Part shown: in pieces, positions 20,089 through 30,507 of the stretch
How the letters are laid out: each line of letters starts with the position of its first letter
How positions within the stretch are numbered: position 1 is the first letter of the stretch
NCBI GenBank assembly: GCA_004764695.1
Contig: SMSO01000014.1
Coordinates: forward strand, 7,398,265-7,462,264
Length of the DNA stretch: 64,000 nt
Direction: 5' to 3'
From: Schizochytrium sp. TIO01
Lineage: Eukaryota; Protista; Bigyra: Labyrinthulomycetes
Notes under the pieces: generated by a model
Told to the model about the DNA's origin: nothing
Database searches by the model: none
What the model saw: the letters and a program-made list of their open reading frames with translations, nothing else
Translations under genes and position numbers: made by a program

Positions 20089-21030
20089 ATGAGCGGAGAT
20101 AAGCAAGAAGTTCAAGACATTGAGCAAGTGCAGCAGGTTTACTCCAAGTATGAAAACCTCTCTCCTGCCATGCGCGCTGCGGTGCTCAACGATCCCGCGG
20201 TGAAGAACGCTTCGCCGCGCCTGCTAGATATCTGGCACTACACCAATCGCTTCATCGGAGCGACAGGCTTCGTCTACCACGCAGCCCAAGTAGCACGCAT
20301 GTGTGGACTTTCTGATGATATGCGTGATTTTAAACATCACCAACTGGAAAAACATGGAGAAAGGGGTGTGGATTGGGATTTTGTTAAGAAATCGGAGGTT
20401 TTTCCAGCTCTTTTCGGTGAAAATTTCAGAATGAACAGAACGAACAGCGGTGTCCATATTGAAAACTCCATAGTATTACCAGTGCCTGGGTCCACCACCG
20501 GAGAGACTGTGACAATTTCCCCGGGAGGAAATGCAGCCAAGTTTCCTATGCTAACCGAGAAGTTCGCTCGCCGACTGATCCTTTCTTCAAATGGACAAAT
20601 TGGGCGCCTCTATCGCGAGTTCATGATCGTCTTCTGGTCTGCCATTGCTAAGATCAGAGAAGAGCCCCTGACTGCAGCAAAGGTCATCCAAGATGCAGAT
20701 GAAGAAATTGAAGAAATCATTCAGGATACTGTGCTCGAACCCATTCCAGTGAACAAGCACAACGAAATTCGTGATAAAATCGCAGATAGATATAATGGGA
20801 AAATTGAAAGTGTTAACGATGCAGGCACTGCAGACGTAGAAACGAAAGACGAAGTCATCGAAGTGAAGCCCGTGGAAGATTGGTCTCATGGGATTGGGCA
20901 GGTATTTGGTTACGGAGAAGCAACAGGAAAGAGAAAGCGCTTGGTGCTTTTCGGTGAGAAAGAGCCCAATCCCATTTGTAAAAAGGTGTGCGACAAATTG
21001 GGAATCTCCCTTGAAATTCTTAAAGAGTAA
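20089..21030 (+). CDS. Antirepressor/MSV199-like N-terminal module fused to a PD-(D/E)XK endonuclease-like domain
   Basis: N-terminal ~165 aa shared with 21235; C-terminal GTADVET..EVIEVK...W.HGIGQVFGY..RLVLF resembles the nuclease domain found downstream of KilA-N/Bro modules. Confidence 0.7.
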   Translation: MSGDKQEVQDIEQVQQVYSKYENLSPAMRAAVLNDPAVKNASPRLLDIWHYTNRFIGATGFVYHAAQVARMCGLSDDMRDFKHHQLEKHGERGVDWDFVKKSEVFPALFGENFRMNRTNSGVHIENSIVLPVPGSTTGETVTISPGGNAAKFPMLTEKFARRLILSSNGQIGRLYREFMIVFWSAIAKIREEPLTAAKVIQDADEEIEEIIQDTVLEPIPVNKHNEIRDKIADRYNGKIESVNDAGTADVETKDEVIEVKPVEDWSHGIGQVFGYGEATGKRKRLVLFGEKEPNPICKKVCDKLGISLEILKE

Positions 21031-21234
21031 AATCAATTAAAAGAAATTTAAAAGAAAAGAAGAATAAATCCATCTGAGTTTTTTCTCCTCCTGATCTCAA
21101 GTCAGAAAATCAGGAATCCTTTGCCATTTTTTTTTTTCTTTTAAAGCATCTTTAAAAGTTTTTTTTGTATTTTGAGAAAACAAAGAAAACGAGAAGAAGA
21201 AAGAAAACAATACGTACGTACTTAGCTAAGAACA

Positions 21235-22435
21235 ATGAGCGGAACTTATCAAGAAGTTCAAGACATTGAGCAAGTGCAGCAGGTTTACTCCAAGTATGCA
21301 AACCTCACTGAGGCCATGCGCGCTGCGGTGCTCAATGATCCCACGGTGAAGAACGCTTCGCCCCGCCTGCTGGACATCTGGCACTATACGAATCGCTTCA
21401 TCGGAGCGAAAGGTTTTGTCTACCACGCAGCCCAAGTAGCGCGCATGTGCGGACTGGCATACAATGCTAATCATGATCGCGTTCACTTCAAAGAGAGGTA
21501 CCTCGAAGTTCATGGTGAAAAGGCGGTAGACTGGGATTTTGTCAAGAAATCGGAGGTTTTCAAACCCTCTTTCGGAGAAAAATCCAATTATTCCAATGCT
21601 GGTACTTATGCTGGTACTTCCGAAAACTCCATATTATTACCAGTGCCTGGGTCGACCACCGGAGAAACTGCAACAATTTCCCCGGGAGGAAATGCGGCGA
21701 AGTTTCCTATGCTGACCGAGAAGTTCGCTCGCCGGCTGATTTTGCGTTGCGGTCAGAAGGGTTTAGATAAGGACTACGCTGAGTTCCTCCTTGCCATGAA
21801 TGATATTGTGGTGAAGGTTGCTACCGGTCAGTACGTGCAACCCGAAGAACAGCAGGAGCAACAGAACCGAGGTACTAAACGTCCTATGACCTAGCAGGAG
21901 GAACTGGAGTATGAGAAGTTTCTACTTTTTCAGAAGGAGCGTATGGAGGAGCTCAAATTAAAGAAAGCTCGTCGAGATGCCGAAGAAGCCCAGTTGAGGC
22001 AGATTCAGGCGGAGAATTTCTTCAAAATGATGGCCGCATATGGAGGTGACGAGTCTGACCGTGACAAGATCCACCGCATGGATTACCAGCGCAATATCGT
22101 TTTCTCCATTGGTGATTCCTTGCTTCAGGATATCAGGGGAGGTCACTCACAAATGCAGAGTGGCCAGCCAGCCTGTGCACACCATTATGGACGCTGAGCC
22201 TGCAGAAAGAGAAATTACCATTTCCGAAGTTGCTTTGCGATTGCTGGGACACCCTGCACGCGACAAGGAACTTCCCAAGTTTGGAATGGCTGTGAGCAAA
22301 CTCTATTTTGCTAAGTACGGCACCAAGCCTCCCAAGCGCAACCAGTTCGTGGATGGTGCGCCTCGCCAAGTCAATTCTTATACTACTAAGGACCTTGACC
22401 TTCTTGAGCAAGGCATTCATCAGTGTATCCAATAA
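21235..22435 (+). pseudogene. Second family member with coiled coil and phage-antirepressor-like C-terminus, disrupted
   Basis: In-frame TAG at 21892-21894, then a +1 shift near a GCCA duplication (22163-22173); the pieces join into one protein ending FGMAVSKLY..KYGTKPPK..QFVDG...VNSYT..D. Confidence 0.75.
22363..22423 (+). repeat. 61-bp perfect direct repeat, copy 1
   Basis: TCGCCAAGTCAATTCTTATACTACTAAGGACCTTGACCTTCTTGAGCAAGGCATTCATCAG, identical to 24230-24290. Confidence 0.95.
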
Positions 22436-22803
22436 AACTCTACCAGTAGAGAAATCGATGGAAAATTTCTAAACACTCAAATAAAACGAAAATGTAGTAC
22501 CTCTAGATCTTCCTGCACCCAAAATTGAATTGGAGGAGAGTGATGAGTCATCCATGCGCCATCAAAATCCGCTTTCCACCTTCGGTTTTTCGTAGGTACC
22601 CTTTTATTTTGGTTCTCACCCAAAGCAGACCACTAACTAAGGAAGCTTAAATTTTCTTATAGATACGAAGGTGAGAGTGTGAAAGAAGAGGAGGGAGAGA
22701 AAATGGGAAAGGGCAAACGCCGCAAAGCCGCAAACGCGGTGACGACAGTGCGACGACGAACGAGGGCGCGACGGGAGCCAAAGCGTCAGGCAGTCGCAGG
22801 GGT

Positions 22804-24135
22804 GTGCCGTTCCGGAAGGTAGGTATTGGGCGTTTAGATCCCGTCCCTGAGAATAACGCGATGGAGAATCAAGGCGCTTTGGACGATGCCGAGAGCAGGC
22901 GCCGCACAGCCCAACGAGTATATGATGATATAATCAATGAGCTCGAACGAATAAAGGAGAAGATCGAGCAATTTGAAGAGGCGGCCAATGAGGACAACGA
23001 ACAGGAGATTTTCGACCAACTGTCCAAATATAATCAACGCCGTTTTGGAAATGTTGATGGTTACTTAAAGTATTTACTTGAGGGACTAGCGAATCTCAGA
23101 CGTGAAAGAGAAGTTCAAGGCGAAGTATTGAAGACGGCTACTCAGGAGGTCCAAGACCTTAGGGCAGCACTCAGACTGATCACGCACGGTGATAAGCACT
23201 ATTTTGAGGTCACTGGTTGGATCAACGGATCGAAATATAGTACTGGCGTTCGTCAGAGCGTCTACTATGCCGCAGCTGATACAGGTGGAATGTACCTCAC
23301 CTCGGTCGATGAAGAGCCTCACGATGCTCATCGAAATGCTATATACTATAATGGAGAAGACCTCAATTTTCAGCTTTTCTTTTGTGACGAAAAGGCGGCC
23401 AGAGAATTTACAGTCTTGATTTCCAACGGCCGGAGTCAGCGAGTGAACACGAAGATATCTAATTCGGAAAGTATATCCAACGAAGACCTCCGTAACATTC
23501 TTTACGACGATTATGATACTACGGATGAACCAGACTCGCCTGGCATCTCCCACGCATCTTCAATCTCTAGCAAGACTTTGGCCGACTTGTCGAGTAACCT
23601 GGCCAAATTTCAATCCATTGAACGTTCTGATTTAGTGGCGCGTGGTAAAGCACAAATCTGTCACCTTGTGGATAAGAGTCACGTTGGAAGCATCGAAGGT
23701 TTCTCTGATGATGACAACAATAAGCTATGCTTAACCCCGACTCTTCACGCGAAGTTCGATGGGAATCGGAACAGGCACGGATATTCATCTGCCCCTGACA
23801 TACTGATCGAGCACGTTGTTGCGCCGCGAGAGGGCCTCATTGTTACCGCTCCGGGGTTAATTGAAAACCCTGGATTCACCGATGACCAACTACAGGAACG
23901 CGCTTTGGTCTGGCTCAAAGTGAACTTTCCTTACAAAGAAGACTTCATTCTTTTTGGGAATCTACTCAAATTTGGTAGCATCGTTGATCCTGAGGAGGAC
24001 CTAGAGTTGCGGTGTTGGGTTGTCTATACTTTTGTCCACGTTCTTGATAAAGATCAGTTTATGGAGAATATTGATTGGAAAGCAAAACGCACGAAGCAAG
24101 TATGGGAGGAACTGGGATTTAATCAAAGCAATTAA
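22804..24135 (+). CDS. Crinkler-like coiled coil + HNH endonuclease (paralog of 584-1924)
   Basis: QSIE...ICHLVDK...DDDNNKLCLTPTLHAKFDG; shared C-terminal TFV.V.D.D.F.EN..WKA..T; first ATG at 22861. Confidence 0.75.
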   Translation: MPFRKVGIGRLDPVPENNAMENQGALDDAESRRRTAQRVYDDIINELERIKEKIEQFEEAANEDNEQEIFDQLSKYNQRRFGNVDGYLKYLLEGLANLRREREVQGEVLKTATQEVQDLRAALRLITHGDKHYFEVTGWINGSKYSTGVRQSVYYAAADTGGMYLTSVDEEPHDAHRNAIYYNGEDLNFQLFFCDEKAAREFTVLISNGRSQRVNTKISNSESISNEDLRNILYDDYDTTDEPDSPGISHASSISSKTLADLSSNLAKFQSIERSDLVARGKAQICHLVDKSHVGSIEGFSDDDNNKLCLTPTLHAKFDGNRNRHGYSSAPDILIEHVVAPREGLIVTAPGLIENPGFTDDQLQERALVWLKVNFPYKEDFILFGNLLKFGSIVDPEEDLELRCWVVYTFVHVLDKDQFMENIDWKAKRTKQVWEELGFNQSN

Positions 24136-24229
24136 CCGTCTGAACTTTAAAAAATAAAAACAAATTACCACTAAGGCGGAATGTCTCCGGGCCGTCTATA
24201 TTCTCAACCAGTTTTGCAGACAGTCCGCT

Positions 24230-24290
24230 TCGCCAAGTCAATTCTTATACTACTAAGGACCTTGACCTTCTTGAGCAAGGCATTCATCAG
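24230..24290 (+). repeat. 61-bp perfect direct repeat, copy 2
   Basis: Identical to 22363-22423. Confidence 0.95.
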
Positions 24291-24382
24291 AGTGTATATA
24301 AAGAAGAAAAACAAAATCCTATTTTTCCCTTACGTTCTTTTTATGATTTATCCCGTTTCCGCTATTGGAAACACCGTACTAG

Positions 24383-24628
24383 GGTCTATTAAGCAAAAAC
24401 ACTCCTAAACGTGCATTTGCGAAAGAAATCGGTGCAGAGCTTTGGTACATTGATGCTGATAAGCGACTTGGCGCTCTGCCCGAAGACGCCCATGCTACAG
24501 AGCGACTTGCGTGCACACCCGAGGCTCGCGCTGAGTGCGACGTTATCTTTGATAATAACGGGGAACACGCCGAGATTCCTCGCAAGCTAGAACAACTCAA
24601 AGAGCAATACAAAATAAACAAAGTATAA
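24383..24628 (+). pseudogene. Start-less fragment resembling the C-terminus of a deoxynucleoside monophosphate kinase
   Basis: Manual translation AKEIGAELWYIDADKRLGALPEDAHATE...CDVIFDNNG resembles the G..LI.I...D.H.SE...D.II.NNG tail; no P-loop part present. Confidence 0.4.
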
Positions 24629-24712
24629 AACACAAAAACAAGTTCATTCATTTAAAACAAACTTAATTTTAAAAGAAATCGAAAAACTCTAGACTTGCTT
24701 TTTTTCTCCTCG

Positions 24713-25066
24713 AAAATCAGGAACCCTTTGCCATTTTTTTCTTTTAAAGCATCTTTAAAAAGGTTTTTGCCTTGAACAAACAAAGAAACGAGAAGAAGAA
24801 AGAAAACAATACATAGGTACTTAGCTAAGAACAATGAGCGGAACTCATCAAGAGGTTCAAGTTGTGTCCACGCAACGCGGACACAATTGAAAACTCCATA
24901 GTATTACCAGCGCCTGGGTCGGCCACAGGAGAAACTGTGACAATTTCTCCGGGAGGGAATGCAGCAAAGTTTCCTATGCTTACTGAGAAGTTCGCTCGCC
25001 GCTTGATTTTGCGTTGCGGTCAGAAAGGCCTAGATAAGGACTACGCTGAGTTCCTCCTTGCCATTA
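24713..25066 (+). pseudogene. Third, internally deleted and truncated copy of the 21235 gene with its upstream region
   Basis: 24713-24833 duplicates 21106-21234; ATG at 24834 (MSGTHQEVQ) jumps out of frame to ENSIVLP...AEFLLA, then runs into the convergent gene. Confidence 0.85.
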
Positions 25067-25074
25067 GTGAGACC

Positions 25075-25479
25075 TCACTTGACCATCATAATGGCTTTTC
25101 TGGCTACGCTCTTCGCTGTGTCCTTCTCAGAAGCTGTTGAGGTCTGAGCTTTGCTAGCTTTTGCCGCTGCGGAGGAAGCGGACGACGAGGATTTATTCGA
25201 TTCCTCGCTTTCTTCATCTTCACCTTCTCCTTCCCCGCTTGCCCCCTTCAATGCGCTCTTCGCGGAGCTCTCCACGCTTCCGACTGCTGATCGAACACCG
25301 CCAAAGACAGCCTTCAGGATTCCTGTGAGAATCTCAGGAAGGAAAAGGAAGAGACCACCAAGCACAAGAAAAAGAATGAAAAGTCCAGCCAGACTGATTC
25401 CTTGTGTGGTCGCTTGAGAGTCTGCATCCAGGACTTGTTTGAGATCAGTCATTGCGTTCTTTTGTTCTTCTCGGGACAC
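25075..25479 (-). CDS. Small membrane protein
   Basis: One strong TM (LAGLFILFLVLGGLFLFLP) with an acidic/Ser-rich tail. Confidence 0.7.
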   Translation of the reverse strand: MSREEQKNAMTDLKQVLDADSQATTQGISLAGLFILFLVLGGLFLFLPEILTGILKAVFGGVRSAVGSVESSAKSALKGASGEGEGEDEESEESNKSSSSASSAAAKASKAQTSTASEKDTAKSVARKAIMMVK

Positions 25480-26069
25480 ACTATTTGTCTTGTACTACGA
25501 AAGTCTACTTTCTCTCTTTTCATCGAAGAAGAAATTTTACTAAAGACCACCCGACCTGATGAGAAACCCATCGCCACGAGAGCCGTCGCGAGAATGACCA
25601 TATACAGAATGAAAAGTACATTCACTAGCCCGCGGGCTAGCAGAACCTGCTTCTCCTCACCGCGGTGCGCAGCTTCAAAATGCCGAAGAACGCGGAACCC
25701 AATTGTCATGAGAGTGGTCGCGCAAAGAGAGAAAATCCACATAGCTCTCAATTTACCAGGAGGAAGTACCATGGTCACTCCTGCAAGCAGAGCAAGGACG
25801 ACCAGTGTAAGAGACGCAACAATACCATCTGTGACGCCGCTCATTCCCGTCTGAGCCAGCTCCTCGTCCCCTAAAACTGCGCCTGTCGTAGTGGTTGCTG
25901 CGCCACTGGTACTTGCATCTGCGAGCTCGGCGGCAACCATTTTATTTGATAAAACACGCAAAGGGTGTGCACCTTTCATTTTTTGTAAAGGATTCCTTTT
26001 ACTACTACTGGATTGCTGGCTTTGCTGCTGTTGCTGCTGAGACAAAAGCATTTCCTCCTGCTGCTGTTG

Positions 26070-26102
<33 letters not shown>

Positions 26103-26336
26103 ACGCTGGGCGCGGAGGGCGAGAGCAGCACGCTCCATCTGCTCCCTGGACATGCGGGGCTGAGCTTGCGGTCCCCTTCCTCCTGAGGAGGAGGAGTAAT
26201 AAGGGTTGGTATTCGAATAATCGGTCATCTCGGATGTGTCGTCTTCAAGCTGTCGAGCCCTTTCACGGGCTTGTCTGCGCGCGCGGAGCGCTGCGGCTCT
26301 GTTCATTTCTTCGTCTGCATGCATCTGACCGTACAT
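25449..26336 (-). CDS. Poly-Q protein with three C-terminal TM helices
   Basis: ATG at 26336 (frame open to 26420); three hydrophobic segments. Confidence 0.7.
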
Positions 26337-26603
26337 GATCCTGCTTGCTTGCTTACTTGGCTGGCTGCTGCTGCTGCTGCTGCTGCTGGCGGCTGTTGCT
26401 TCTTCTTTTTTTCTTTTCACCGATCAATCAATGCCTTTGATATTAATAATAATCAACAAAAGAAAAAGAATTAAAAAGAGAAGTAGTAAAAATACAAGGA
26501 ATGAATTTGAAAAGGGAAAAAGAAAGGACTTTGGTTGCTTTTTAATTCGAGTTAAGAGGGAAAGATTGATATTAAAAACGGTCATTCTTCATCATTCAAT
26601 TGA

Positions 26604-27401
26604 TTAGGCATTGAAGTCAGACAGCATACCTGGCACAGACTCATCATTCATGCTCTCGCCGTCGCCCGTGCCGTAGCCGTAATCATCGCCGGCGCCCCCG
26701 GAGCCGTCCATAAGCACGCAGCGGTTGAAGCTAGGACGCTGGAAGACCATAATCTGCTCAGAGCGAAGCTTCAATCCAAATGACTTTGAAGCGAACCAGA
26801 CTCCTGAGGTCGTGAGGAGTGCGCGGCATTGGGCACCCTTCTGCACGTCAGCTACATCCATCTTGGAGCCACTGGCGGTCCAGAAACTTGTAGCAATCTC
26901 GTTGCGGGACATCTTCAGGCCGGTGTTCAGAATCGGAGAGTACTTGCTTGGCTCGACGGGCGTGCTCATCATGGGCGTCATGAACTCGCTGATCACGTCA
27001 AGCTTCATGTTCTTGCGGAACCACGCCTGAGAGTTGGTGTGAGCAGCCTTAATGATGGCATTCTGGAGATTGCGAACCCATTTAAGGAACGCCACGAGCT
27101 CCTCACTGCCCTCCCATTGGTCGTCAGAAGTAAAGGTCGCTCCCGCCGGAATGTGCAGACCTGGGAAAGTCATACCTACGCTGTACTTCATTACGCCGTC
27201 ATCACCAGCGCGGTTAGAAATGCCAAAGGGCATACTCATGCGAGGAGTGGCCACATAAAAGGGCAAGAGATCGCCTTCGTAGCGCACCTTCACAGGCACT
27301 AAAATACCGCCGTGGTTGCCCATCGGCTTGGACGGCTCGAACACAAGATCATTCTCAAGGTCGATCTTCTTCCAGTCCAGAATCTTAGGCTCGTTGTCCA
27401 T
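26604..27401 (-). CDS. NCLDV-type (T7 gp2.5-like) OB-fold single-stranded DNA-binding protein
   Basis: TPRMSMPFGIS, NSQAWF.K, YSP.L, KGAQCRALL..GVWFASKSFG motifs and acidic C-terminal tail. Confidence 0.82.
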   Translation of the reverse strand: MDNEPKILDWKKIDLENDLVFEPSKPMGNHGGILVPVKVRYEGDLLPFYVATPRMSMPFGISNRAGDDGVMKYSVGMTFPGLHIPAGATFTSDDQWEGSEELVAFLKWVRNLQNAIIKAAHTNSQAWFRKNMKLDVISEFMTPMMSTPVEPSKYSPILNTGLKMSRNEIATSFWTASGSKMDVADVQKGAQCRALLTTSGVWFASKSFGLKLRSEQIMVFQRPSFNRCVLMDGSGGAGDDYGYGTGDGESMNDESVPGMLSDFNA

Positions 27402-27739
27402 GGTTGCTGCCTTACCGCTGCTGCTGCCGCTACTGATTTTACAAGGAGCCTTTTGGTTTTTTTTTGTCGCTAAGGGTGTTTGGGTTTTGCTGGCTGGGCT
27501 GGCCGGAGTTTCTTTTTTTCTTTTCTTCCTGTGTGTAGAAATAGCAAACTTGTCCTTTTTGTTCTTCTAGACTGAGGTTGGAGACACACAGAGATAGTTT
27601 TTTGCCTTCAAGTTTTTCTCCTGTTATATTCGCTGAGACAGAAAGAAAACAAGAAAAACATAACAACTTATATTGTGTGAACAAACTCAAGAAAAACCCA
27701 ACAAGAAAAAAAGGAAGGCGACAGGAGCTGGCACCCGTC

Positions 27740-29482
27740 ATGTCCTCAGGGAATGCCTCGCCGCAATTTACTCACAATCAGATCGGAGCGCCGTCAGGGC
27801 CTGATCCGGCGCGAGTCATCGCCGTGCTGGCCATGGTGCTGATTATTTGCATGATGCTTGTCTGGCCAGGCTTACTCAGTTACTGGTGGAAAGTCAAGCC
27901 ATGGCCTCCTAATGATGTAACCTCGCAGACGATCAATGCCGGCAAAACCCCACTCTGTGATGAAAACGGGAAACTAACGGCTGTAGGAAGAACAGTGGTG
28001 GTTAACCGTCTCGCTTTCTGGGATGATCTCTGCTCAACCAGCTTTACTGATCCTAACAATCCCTGCGACACTGAAACTGGACAACCGGTCGCTTATTTGG
28101 GGTGTGGATTGATGTCGAGAGACACTTCAACAGGCTCGCTCATGTGTGATGATCCCGATTTCCTCACGGCTTACGACAATTTTAAAACGCGCGGAGGTGC
28201 GTGCGCCAAGCTGGTAGGACAGAACTTTGCAAGGTGCAATTCCATTGATGTGGCTGCAGAGATCTTCTTACAGCCCACAACGGGACTCTCAAAACCTTAC
28301 AACGGCTGCACACCTTGCTCCACTGCGACAGACGCCTCGAGTCCTCTCTTCGGTCTCAGTGTGACGGATGGCGCGACTTGCTCGGTCGACCAAGTTTCAA
28401 TGGATTATTACTTGAAATTCAACCCAGATGTGCCCGCGACTTCGACCTCGCCGCCACTAGAGAAGTGCACTGACACAGAGTTGAATAATGGGTGCGTGGA
28501 CAGTATGGATACCTTCGCAAAATTGAGCCCGGGAGACTGCCTCGATCCGGCTTACCAGCTGCGCAAGACCACCTTTGTGAAAGCACTCAATGCTTGCAAT
28601 ACCCTGAAATCGACTTTACCCACATCTGGGCAGTCGGCCTTCGCGGACCAACCTCTTAGCAATTACTGCCCTTTGAAAGTGGCGCAGTTCTTCGCCAAAT
28701 GCGACAGCACGACCTATGATTGCACTTACACGCCAGTAGGCTGCACGCGAGACACAGAGGGCACACTGACTTGCCCAGACACAGTCTCAGATACCAAGCA
28801 GAAGGCCTGTTCGAATGATTATACAAACTGCACAGATGCAAGCTACCTCAAGGATGAGGCAGTGGAGGCAGAGTACGAAGCTAAGTGCACTGCTCGTGTG
28901 ACAAATTACAAGAACCGCAACAAGATTGTTATTGGTGTTATGGGGGCCCTCTACGCCTCCTTGTTTTTAGCCATCATTGTAATTTGCATCGTCTCGCGCC
29001 AGTCGCTCCATCTGCGCGTGGGCCAGCTCGGTACCAACCAGAACATCTTTCAGCAGCAAATGAACGGAACCTACACACAGATGATCATCCGCGAAGTTCT
29101 GATCTTTCTGATGGTGATGTGGTTTATTGTGGCCGTTCCAGTTGGGCTGCTTGCTCAGGGCTACCGCCTCTTTGTCTACAGCGGCTCAATGGATGCAGTG
29201 GAGCAGGCCAACTTCGACTCTTCCAAGACAGTCGTACGAATCCTCGGCTGGGTCCTCACGGGTATTACCACAGCTTCAATCATTACGCTCGCCTTCGTGC
29301 TGCTTGTGAGAGGTACCACGGGCGAGTTCCAGCCATCCTCGGGGATCAGCAGGGCCCAGGCAGATGCAGAAGCAAAACTCATCCTGGCCCAGGGCAAAAT
29401 TCTTGCCGCTGATAAAAAATCACCTCCTTCTCGCACGAACAGTAGTAACAACAGCGACCCTGGAAATTTACAACAACAATAA
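27740..29482 (+). CDS. Cys-rich multi-pass membrane protein (candidate virion surface/envelope protein)
   Basis: N-terminal TM, ~340-aa domain with more than 20 Cys, three C-terminal TMs; ATG at 27740. Confidence 0.75.
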   Translation: MSSGNASPQFTHNQIGAPSGPDPARVIAVLAMVLIICMMLVWPGLLSYWWKVKPWPPNDVTSQTINAGKTPLCDENGKLTAVGRTVVVNRLAFWDDLCSTSFTDPNNPCDTETGQPVAYLGCGLMSRDTSTGSLMCDDPDFLTAYDNFKTRGGACAKLVGQNFARCNSIDVAAEIFLQPTTGLSKPYNGCTPCSTATDASSPLFGLSVTDGATCSVDQVSMDYYLKFNPDVPATSTSPPLEKCTDTELNNGCVDSMDTFAKLSPGDCLDPAYQLRKTTFVKALNACNTLKSTLPTSGQSAFADQPLSNYCPLKVAQFFAKCDSTTYDCTYTPVGCTRDTEGTLTCPDTVSDTKQKACSNDYTNCTDASYLKDEAVEAEYEAKCTARVTNYKNRNKIVIGVMGALYASLFLAIIVICIVSRQSLHLRVGQLGTNQNIFQQQMNGTYTQMIIREVLIFLMVMWFIVAVPVGLLAQGYRLFVYSGSMDAVEQANFDSSKTVVRILGWVLTGITTASIITLAFVLLVRGTTGEFQPSSGISRAQADAEAKLILAQGKILAADKKSPPSRTNSSNNSDPGNLQQQ

Positions 29483-29493
29483 TAATAATAATA

Positions 29494-29907
29494 ATGGCGG
29501 AAATGCAGGAGGGGCAAACGCAGCAGCAGCAGCAGCAGCAAGTCGAGGACCCGCAAGCAGCGCTTAAGGAACTGAGAGATGGGTTCAGGGAACTTGTAAA
29601 AACACACAAGGAGAGGACCAAGGAACTGGAGAAGCTTCTTGCAAAGCGCAAGAAGACAAAAGCCAAGGCAAAGGCGTCGCAGCTCAAACAACAACTTCGC
29701 AAACTGGACTGGTCTGAGGGACTCACTTACTTTTTCTTCCTGATCGTCGTCATGTGCCTCCTGCTGGTTCTCTTCCTGGGCGGACCCCCGCCTGCCGACA
29801 AAAGCAAAAAGAATAAGACTAAAACAACCCCAAGGGGAGAGGCAGAACTGGAGGAGCAGCCTTTAATGATGCTTTTAGACGATGTTACTATTTTGGAGAG
29901 ATTGTGA
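29494..29907 (+). CDS. Coiled-coil + TM hypothetical protein
   Basis: Charged helical N-terminus, then YFFFLIVVMCLLLVLFL. Confidence 0.65.
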   Translation: MAEMQEGQTQQQQQQQVEDPQAALKELRDGFRELVKTHKERTKELEKLLAKRKKTKAKAKASQLKQQLRKLDWSEGLTYFFFLIVVMCLLLVLFLGGPPPADKSKKNKTKTTPRGEAELEEQPLMMLLDDVTILERL

Positions 29908-30507
29908 GGAAGGTTTCTCTGGCGCATTGAGCATGATATTGTACATGCGAATTTCGTCATCTAGGTTGTCTTTGCCCATCTTGCGGTCGCTCTGGTAAAT
30001 GTCTAAGAAGCGGTGCACATTTGTGTTCAGCTTGCGGTCCATGGAGGTCATCCATTGCCGCCAGCAATCTGAGTGTTTCGTATAGGTTTCGTAGCGGCCT
30101 GTAAGCATGAGAAACTCTGTTCCTTCTTCTCGCAAGTCGGCGTAAGCCCTCAGGTAAAGTGCGTAACTCGGGTAGATATTCAGAGCCTCCGTAAGCGTGT
30201 TGCCTACGGAAGCGGCGGACGAAAACACAATTGCAGCGGCAAATACGTAAATGCGGTACTCTTCTTCAACGTAGCTCATCAGGGGAATAATAACAGGCGT
30301 AACGAAACTGGATCCTATCACAATAACTCGCAGCAGCTTGCCAACAAATCCATAGTGATGGGCCCGGTTTCCTAGCATGTAGGGGTGATTCTTAAAGAGT
30401 TCCTTACAAGCATGCAGCTCATCCTCAGTTAGCGAATTGGTCACGACGTCTGCGAGCAAGTTCCAGGCTTCCACCAATCTGGCCGGTTTGTTCAAAGACT
30501 TTTCCAT
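29875..30507 (-). CDS. SLATT-domain (DUF4231-like) two-TM protein
   Basis: Two TMs followed by Y..YLRAYADLREEGTEFLMLTGRY, matching the SLATT C-terminal helix. Confidence 0.68.
   Translation of the reverse strand: MEKSLNKPARLVEAWNLLADVVTNSLTEDELHACKELFKNHPYMLGNRAHHYGFVGKLLRVIVIGSSFVTPVIIPLMSYVEEEYRIYVFAAAIVFSSAASVGNTLTEALNIYPSYALYLRAYADLREEGTEFLMLTGRYETYTKHSDCWRQWMTSMDRKLNTNVHRFLDIYQSDRKMGKDNLDDEIRMYNIMLNAPEKPSSQSLQNSNIV

Noticed and set aside
19625-20089. 154-aa minus-strand ORF
   Set aside because: No ATG start, abuts the start of the opposite gene, no motif; left uncalled
21892-21900. Programmed stop readthrough at TAG CAG
   Set aside because: A downstream frameshift also breaks the gene, so decay is simpler
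22521-22528. Mimivirus early promoter AAAATTGA
   Set aside because: Single upstream occurrence noticed, far from the likely ATG; expected by chance in AT-rich DNA
22593-22660. Possible intron (GT...CACTAAC...TTATAG) upstream of the HNH gene
   Set aside because: Splicing does not give a convincing frame into the HNH ORF; needs RNA data
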